Virus record (IMG/VR): IMGVR_UViG_3300008952_002707
Coordinates: 7,183 to 71,182 of that record
Direction: 5' to 3' (one strand)
Origin: a virus
Length of the DNA: 64,000 nucleotides
Within the stretch, counting starts at the first letter, position 1. Every line of letters starts with the position of its first letter. Below the pieces are notes generated by a model. That model worked only from the letters and a program-made list of their open reading frames with translations, did not search any database and had not been told where the DNA came from. Of the stretch, positions 39,227 through 48,200 are shown piece after piece. The translations under genes were made by a program, and so were the position numbers.

Positions 39227-42200
39227 ATGAGTATAAAGAAATATTTTGAAGTAGCAGAAAATATTCAGTCTCTCTCGAACAAATCTGCTCATGAGATAGC
39301 CTCGCAAGTCGAGTCCGCTGGCTACCACGAGCAAGATTTGATTCAAGAAGAGAGATTTATCTCTCGTGTTGATTTTTCAAAGCCGCAGAACTTTGCGCGC
39401 TGGGGATCGGCAGAAGAGTATTATAACGAAGCGCTCAAAAGAATCTATGAAGGTTACCCCTATGATGGGTCCCTCCGCGAAAGGAGCGAATGGCATAACG
39501 AGTCAATTGACATTGATCTGTATGTCTTTGAAAATAGATATCCTCGGACAACTGGATACGTTATCCTCTCAGCTGACGGCTGGGGAACGGGCAACCTTGT
39601 TGATGGTTATGGCGTTCCCGCAACCCCTGAATATATTTATGTAAAAGGCGGACCCAATCCCCATCAGGTAAAGGAAGCTCCCTATACTATTCAATTTACG
39701 GGCTCCAACTATTATGAGCCCTCCAAAAATCGAGGATCTAACCTTTCTTTAAACCTGGCCAGCAATGGAGCATCTCTAGAGTTCTGGCTTAAAAAGAGTG
39801 CTTTCCTGGAAGAGTCTCCCCGCGAGGTCATCTTTGACTTATGGAACGGGGAGAACTCGTCTTCTGCTGATTATGCACGCTTCCGGCTGGAGCTTACGGG
39901 AAACCTAACAGATGGATCAACACCGTTCCTGCTCACAGCAATGTCGGGAACTACAGGATTTTACCGACAGAACATCTCCAGCACCTCAATCACCAGTACT
40001 TCGGTGGGGAACGATACCTGGCAGCACTACGCAGTAACTCTTAAGTCTGCATCAGCCGGAGTAACCACAAGATTTTATGTCAACGGCGCCCTAGACAAAG
40101 AATCCACCCTAGGTTCTACCGGCATAAATGATGTCGACAGCACAGCGCTCAGAGCGTACGTAGGAGCGCTTGTAACCGCTGTATCAGGAACTACTACCCC
40201 TAGCTCCACAAAAGCTGCTGACGGCAAGCTCTCGGCGTCTCTCGATGAATTCCGGTACTGGAAGACACAGAGATCATCTGAAGAGATCGGTCGCTTTTGG
40301 TTTACCCAAGTAGGAGGGGGCGTTAATACTGACCCAGTACCCTTTACGACTACCGAAGAATCTTCTAATGTTAATTTAGGCGTCTACTTTAAATTTAATG
40401 AAGGTATTACTGGACGAGCCGCAACCGATAGCGTGGTTCTGGATTACTCTGGACGCTGGTCTAATGGCGCCTGGACCGGATATACTTCGAACTCACGAAA
40501 CACCGGCTCCGCGATAATATCCTCCAGCGCTGCTGTCCGAGAATTCGAAGATCCAATTATCTATTCTTTCCACCCTCGTGTAGAACTCCTAAGTACACAG
40601 CTCCAGTTATCTGGCTCGACTTATGATGTAAACAATAATGCCTCGCTGTTCAAAACTATTCCTTCTTGGATTTCTGAGGAAGACGAGGAAGGCTCCGGAG
40701 ATGTTAAAAAACTAACACAGATATTGTCTAGTTATTTTGATAGCTTACACTTAAAAATAGAGAGCCTAAATAAGCTTAAAGATATCCGTTATTTGAGCGG
40801 AAGCGCTGAGAAGCCGCTCCCGTTTGCTGAGAAACTTTTATCTAATTACGGATTGGTCGCTCCGGACTTATTCCTGGATGCTGACATCCTTGAGAAGCTA
40901 TTGGATCGCAGTGAAGACAAGGTTTATGAAAAGTCGCTTCACGATATCAAGAATATTATTTATCAAAACATCTATAACAACCTCAATTATATCTATAAGT
41001 CTAAGGGAACCGAAAAGTCATTCCGTAATTTAATTCGCTGCTTTGGTATTGACGACGAACTCGTCAAAATTAATATGTACGCGAATGATGTTACTTACGA
41101 GTTACAAAACAATCGCCGCAACGTTGTAGTGGCTGACAAATTTGTCAACTTCAATAACAGCGACAACACCAAAGCTACAGTTTACAATTATGCAGACCCT
41201 ACCAATTCCAACTCAGTTAGTTATATTGATGCTAATTCTAGTTTGACCGGGGGATTTGCAACCACGCTAGAGACAGAGGTGCTGTTTCCCCTTAAAATAT
41301 CAGAGGACTCACCGTCGTATGTGAACACTAATATAATTAGTTCTTCATTGTTTGGTGTCCACGGCACCACACTGTCCGCGACCAAAACAACTTGGCCTGG
41401 GGACGACACCGTTAACTTCCAAGTTTATGCTGTCCGCGACGAACTATATTCAGATAATGTAAAATTTGTTCTGACTAGCTCAACGGGGGGTTATATCCCG
41501 AAGTTGTCGAGTAGCCTCTATCAACAGGTCTACAACAATACGAGATGGAATCTTGCCGTACGGATAAAGCCAGAAACTTACCCGATGAAGGGATTGATTA
41601 ATAGTGCAAGCAGCAATTACGTAGTCGAACTCCATGGTATTCAAGCAGAAGCTGGCGTTATCCTAGAGGAATTTACAGTTTCTGCTAGTATTACAGCGCC
41701 TAGACCTTCTTTCGTGACTGGCAGCAAGAGAGTGTTTGTTGGAGCCCATCGTTCTAACTTCACGGGATCTACCGTCCTAGATATGACTGATGTTAAGGTG
41801 AACGCTTGCCGCTACTGGCTAGACTATGTTGATGATGAAGCATTGAGGGGTCATATTCTTGATACGGAAAATTATGGTGCATTACAGCCCCATCTATATG
41901 CGTTTGAATTTGATACGTCTGCTTCTTATGGAGATGTGACCAAATATGATACGCTGGTGTTCAACTGGGAGTTCCTAACAAACACGGGCTCTAGTGCCGG
42001 CGGAACCTTTATGGTCGACGATCTATCTTCCGGGTCTGCCGACTTTACTAGGTTCGGAAGTCTAGGAGGCATTCTTAATAAGCAGTACACCGCTAGTGGC
42101 TCCTTCTTCTTACCATCCTCGACAAAGTCCATCGATAAAGACTTTGTGATTTCTTCCAAGCTCAACCTTCCTGAGAATGTCAGAGCCGAAGACATGGTTA

Positions 42201-45200
42201 AAGTATTAAACGCACAGGAACAAGATGTCTTTACTACAGAAAGCCGCCCTGTAAACTATTACTTCGCTTTTGAAAAGAGCATGTATCAAGTGATCTCCGA
42301 AGAGATCCTCAATTCATTTGCTAATCTAAAAGATTTTCATAACTTAATCGGAGATGTTGTAGAGCAATACCGACCAGAATATAAACAACTTGCTTTTATG
42401 AGGCAAAAATTCTTTGAAAACGTTGCCAATCAAGAGTTGGATTTTGAGAAGTTTTATGAGTATTACAAGTGGTTCGATAGCTCTCTGTCTTTAATGTTAG
42501 GACAACTTGTACCAGCATCCGCAGATTTCTCGAATAATGTCCGTACTATGGTAGAAAATCATGTTCTGGAAAGACCAAAGTACCGGAATAAATTTCCAAT
42601 CCTTCAAAGGAAGGGAGGAAACGACATCACTGGCGCCGTCGAGGGCGGAGGCGATGGCACTGCAATGGGCTCACCGGATGATTTCCCTCAGGGATCTCTT
42701 CTGTTTGCCAACACCTCGTTAACCAAACGACAAATTGGATCATCACGAACTCCTCAGATTAACAGCTGGAAGCATTTCCATGCCCCCATACGAGAGACTT
42801 CTCTCGGTCCAACTAAATCATTATTGTTTGATGAGTCCGATGACACGAATGTCACAGCCGGAACTGCTGCACAGTGGCAGACTGATTTAGCTGATGCGTA
42901 TACCAACGGTGTTTCCGTATCCTTTTGGTTCAATATAAGCAGCTTCGCTTCCGGCACGGAACAGGTATTTAATCTCGGAATGATTAAGACGTCGTACCCC
43001 TACTATCAAGGCATACAAATGTTTCTTTACGACGTCGCGACAAAACCATCCGTGTATGTCCAGGTCCATACCGCTGGGTGGTCTGTTTCCAATAGCACCA
43101 ACGTACGCAGCAGTGGATTGAACCTCGGGACATGGTATAATGTTGTCCTTACGATCCCAGCTGCTGCCATTAATGGAACCGGTGGAGACACTCCAAATAT
43201 GTATATCAATGGGGGTGTCGACATGCCCTACAGTCACGCTGATTCTGTTGTCAATTGGACCACAATGGATTTGGGGGCACGCGGCGTGACGATAGGCGCC
43301 AAGCCCGCCGGCTCAGGACTCAGTAATAACTCATTTGACGGATATATGTGTGATGTGGCTGTCTGGAACAAAGAACTCACTAGTGCCGAAGTGACCGAGA
43401 TTTATGCCTCTGGAGAACGTACCAACTTAAGCCTCGCATCGTGTGTTGGTAATCTTCTGTCCTGGTGGAAGCTTGGCTCCGGCACCGGTGACACTTATAA
43501 TGGGGCGATGAGCAATGAGGTTGTAGGCGGACCTTCTGGAACCCCTAATGCTTTCGCCTCGTCAGCCGCTATAGCATCTGTTTCTCCTCCAGCTGTTTCT
43601 CCCTACGACCCAGCTGCACAACATATCTTGGATATGGCATGGCGCAACAAAAACATTTACTGGCAACGGTACCGATCCGGAAGCGCCGAGCCCAAGCCCA
43701 CTGTTGCATCCAACACGGTCCGCAAAGATTTGTTAACCGCGATCAAGAAGTCGTATGATCGAAGTGTTAACACACCTGTTAAATTTGGGGCAGAAGGATA
43801 TGTGACCTTCGGCGGTGTTGCCCGTCCGCCCAATAATAAGCCCAACTATACGTTTGCTCACTGCAGCCCCTATGGTCCGATGGTATCGGGATCTAATGTT
43901 CCAATTAACATTATGGTTGGATTTAATGAAGGTGTCGAAGAACTCATTGATTCGCCAGATGAATATTATCCCACCTTTAAGCAACGCCTAGGATTCGGAA
44001 TGAACCCCACCATCAATATTGATGAAGTTGATTCCACAACCGCGTTTGATGGTAACTTATATGCTCCATTTAGTATGTACAGCTCGTCGGTTGAGACAGG
44101 CTACAATGCTACAGTCGTAACAACCTATAAGTCTGGCACCATGCTTACCAACCTTCATAATGACTTTGTGGATTCACATGATACCCCGGCCCAGGGTCCG
44201 TTTACTGAGAAGTTTGTGGGTGGTCGGTTCTTCCGTCACACCGAACCAAATGCCGGGAGTGACACAAGGACGACCCGCGCCGAAGGCTTCCGGCTAGAAC
44301 TTGGAACTATTGCTCCCGGGAAAGCCGGTGCACTGGGTGTCGTCCCTCCCAACTATCCATTCAGCGACACACTTGAGAGTGAGTTAACTAATGATGCTGG
44401 GACTGTCCTCGGCTGGCTCAAAGATGTGCCCATTGCACAGCGCTTCCGAGATGAAACTGCCAAGCGACCCTTAAACATCAAGAACATCTTGATGACAACT
44501 GCCTCGGTGGGGACACGCTTGAGCGGAACGATTACTCATAATCCAATCGGCAACTACCAGAAGAACTATCAGGTTATTAGCACTGGTGGTCGCATGATCA
44601 ACGACCCATTCTTCCAAGATCAGTCTTTTGATTTTGCTTTGACTCCTCAGCTCCCCATATCACGATTGACATCTACTCGCGTAGTAAACACAAAAGCAAT
44701 ATCTATAGATGGGGGTGATTATTATACCTTCTCGGCACCGTCTGCTATGAACACCAACACGGCAGAAACGTGGTCCTTTTGGTTAAACTGCCAAGATATA
44801 ACCAACGGGGGCAATCTCCTCGTTGCTGGGGCGGCCGGAGCCGGCTCGTATATTAGCATCCTGACCGCCGCCGCCGGTAGCAAACTGAAGTTCGTAGCCG
44901 ACTTTAGTACCGACGATGGTGATTGGAGGACAGATTCCGCAGTAACCACTGGAGACGTATGGGTTCATATAGCAATAACTTATGACGGAAGTTCAACGAG
45001 CAACGACCCTGTGATCTATGTTAATGGGGAGAGAGTAGCTATTACTGAATTAACTACTCCTGTCGGCACCCGGGTGGCATGGTCTGGAAGCCCAACATTG
45101 GGCTATAACAAATCTTCCGGTTTCGAGGGCTATGTTTCTGATGCTGCATTTTACAACAATATATTGCTCCCAGTTCAAGTGAGTGCCATTTATGGTAACG

Positions 45201-48200
45201 GAACTTTAGATTTGATCAATTCCGGGCCCTCCCCCGAAAATCTTATTATGTGGTGGCGCTGCGGAGATGGGGCAACAGACACCGCCGCCACCATTGTGGA
45301 TCAAAAGGGTAACGCAAATCTTACAGCCGGCGGCAGTCCAACTCTGGTGGATATAACGCCTGCTGACTGTTTCCGCGCGACCGCCCCTCTCGGCCCGCTG
45401 AACTCTGTGGCTCGAAACGCGTTCGCCCTCCCCGACCGAGCCGGCTCAAACTCGAATCAAACTATCATCGTCAATCACTTCAGCGCTCCTGGAGAATATA
45501 AGACACTTTCCCGCGGCTATCTTGATCCTGCGCACGAAGAATTGTCAGCATACAATGCCTCTCCCTATCGAAACCGCGGAGTTATTGATTATGGTCTATC
45601 TGGTTCTGCCTCCGCAGACCCCAGTATCGCGGGCTCCATCCGCGTCGTCGACCAACTTGGCAAGAACCGCGGACTCAATCAGTTATCAACATTGCATTCG
45701 GACCCTTATGGTATTGACTCAGCATATGGTGTAGTGACGAAACCATCAGCTGGCACCCCGGGAACCACACGTATCGACGGCGGAGGTGGATATTCCATCA
45801 CCCCCTCATGGACAAAGACAAACAGAAATCGTCGCCGGCGGATGGAGAACACCGCACTACAGACGGCCATGGCAGAAGGCAACGTAACTGGGTCAGTCTA
45901 TGATAACCTCTATGTCCAGCATGCTATCCCGCAGTCAGAAGCACAGTACGCTTGGGTTACAGCTTCCATGGCATATGGCACCTCGATCTTCGGATTAGAT
46001 ACTCCCACATGCACCAGCGCTTCCACCATGTCACAATTGTTGACTGCCTCAATTGGTTATGTTGGCGGCGACTTTGTGGGTTTGCGCGGCAAGATCATTG
46101 ACAACGTAAACCTAACAACCCATACTTTAGGATTTGAGAGCCCTGCGATTACTCCGTTCAACTATGTGAGTTCCGCGACACCTAATGTCGGGGGATCGGG
46201 AAGCTACGTCGCTCTAGGCCAGAGCGGCGACTTCGAGGACTGGAACGATCTTATAGGCGGGGGACATCCTTCCACCATCAACCCAATAACCATATCTATG
46301 TGGATATATCCCCGCGGAGACAACCCCGACGGGTCGGGACGCCTGTTCCAATTCGGCGACGGGAGCCAACGGCGCCTTTCCTGGGACAACACGTCGACTA
46401 GTCAGATTTCATGGCGCTTCCTTTACGGCGGCGGCAGCACCTTCGTCATCCGAACACCACCTGGGAGTGTTCCTCTTAAAGTTTGGACTCACGTTGTTGC
46501 AACCTTTGGAGGAGGAACCGCGGGAGACCTTAAAGTATACCTAAACGGGCTTCTCTCATCCGGGGATTCATATTACGCCAAAGCAGTGGATGCTCCCACT
46601 GCCGGGTCTCCTCCAATCCTCTTTAATCGAATAACGGGCATCATCGCCGGCGGCGCGTCCTACCAAGCCTACGATCGTGGCTTTTATGGGAATTTTGCCA
46701 ATACTGCAATTTGGAACCGAGAACTTAATGCCGAAGAGGTTGAAGCCCTTTACAACAATGGCGGACGAATTGAGCTTACCAACGTAGCATCAATGCGCAA
46801 AAACCTGCTTGCCTGGTATCGGTTCAACAGCGACTATGGAGATAGCACCGCCACCGCTGATACCTCCACCACCGCCACTATGCGGAATCAGGCAGTATGG
46901 GACGTATACGGATCAAATCCTAAAATTCCAGTAGCAGCTACCTTGGCTACAAGCTATGGCACTACCGTGCTCACTTCCTCCGTGATCTTAACGGATAACA
47001 AATTGACATCTGGATCCTCAGGGGATATGGGACTATCTTCAAGTGCTTATTCAAACGCATATATCAACTCTAATGTGTGGTGGGAAGCACCTACATTTGT
47101 AAATGAGCATGATTACCTTAACGCTCTTATATTAAACCGCGGTGGACCATATGGCAACCCCACTTGGAAACAGATCCGCGGCATGGATCGCCCCGTCGTT
47201 AGGAAAATGAGAGAGAACAATCTTATCGGTGTCGCCATTGATCCTGTTCCTTTCACCAACTCAGTTGGTACCGCTCAGCACCCCACCAGACCAAACACGT
47301 TTGTAGATTACTATGAGTCTCCGGTCGAGAATAGTAAAAATCCTATCTACTTTTATTTTGAAGACAACACCACTAACTCCGACAGCGCCAATAATCTTAT
47401 TGTGACGACACCATACGGCAACGAATTAGAGCACTTCTCTCATGCGGGACTCAATACGCGGCTCGGGCTTAAAGTGGACCTCACCCAGCTAGATGCATAT
47501 CGCTCTGTTAAGAATTTTACGATGGACAGTGCTCTCAGTGTCCTCATAAAATATAGTGAGAGAATTTATCCTTCTACAAAGAATGCTTATCGCAAGAACA
47601 TCCGCGGCAGGACTGAATACAATATTGATAATATTTGGAACAATAACAGAGAATATCGCAGCATTCCGCTGGGCTCACTGAGCGGTGCCTTTGTTTACTC
47701 TGGCTCTCTAGGCGGGGCGTACTCCAATATAGGCGTTCCAACAGCTAGTATTTGGCCACTTGACGCTCACCTTGACTTTGCCACCACTGGCTCCGCTCTC
47801 GGCACCGACGGCGCGGGACAGCTCCTGAACCTGTACTCTAGGTATAGTTGTTCTGTGGTCTCTGATGGCACGAAGCGAACAAACATTAATGCTGCCCCGA
47901 CTTATGCTTACAGGACCCAGTACGGCTGGGCTGCTAGTGCTACAGGGTCCGGCGGACAGGATCCCCTATACATGGGCGACGCCCCCTGGACTGCTGCCGA
48001 GACTTTCGGCAAGCCCCCCTATGAGACCTACCAGTCGTATGCGGATAGAATCCGATCGATAGGAAAGGACTATTCAATTCTACCTGAATTCAGGATAAGT
48101 CCACTGATGAGTACCTATGTTGATACTCACGAGAGTAACTTCCTCGCGGATCTGAATAATATTTTCGAATTAACAGGTGCGGCAGTTAGCAGTAGTGTAG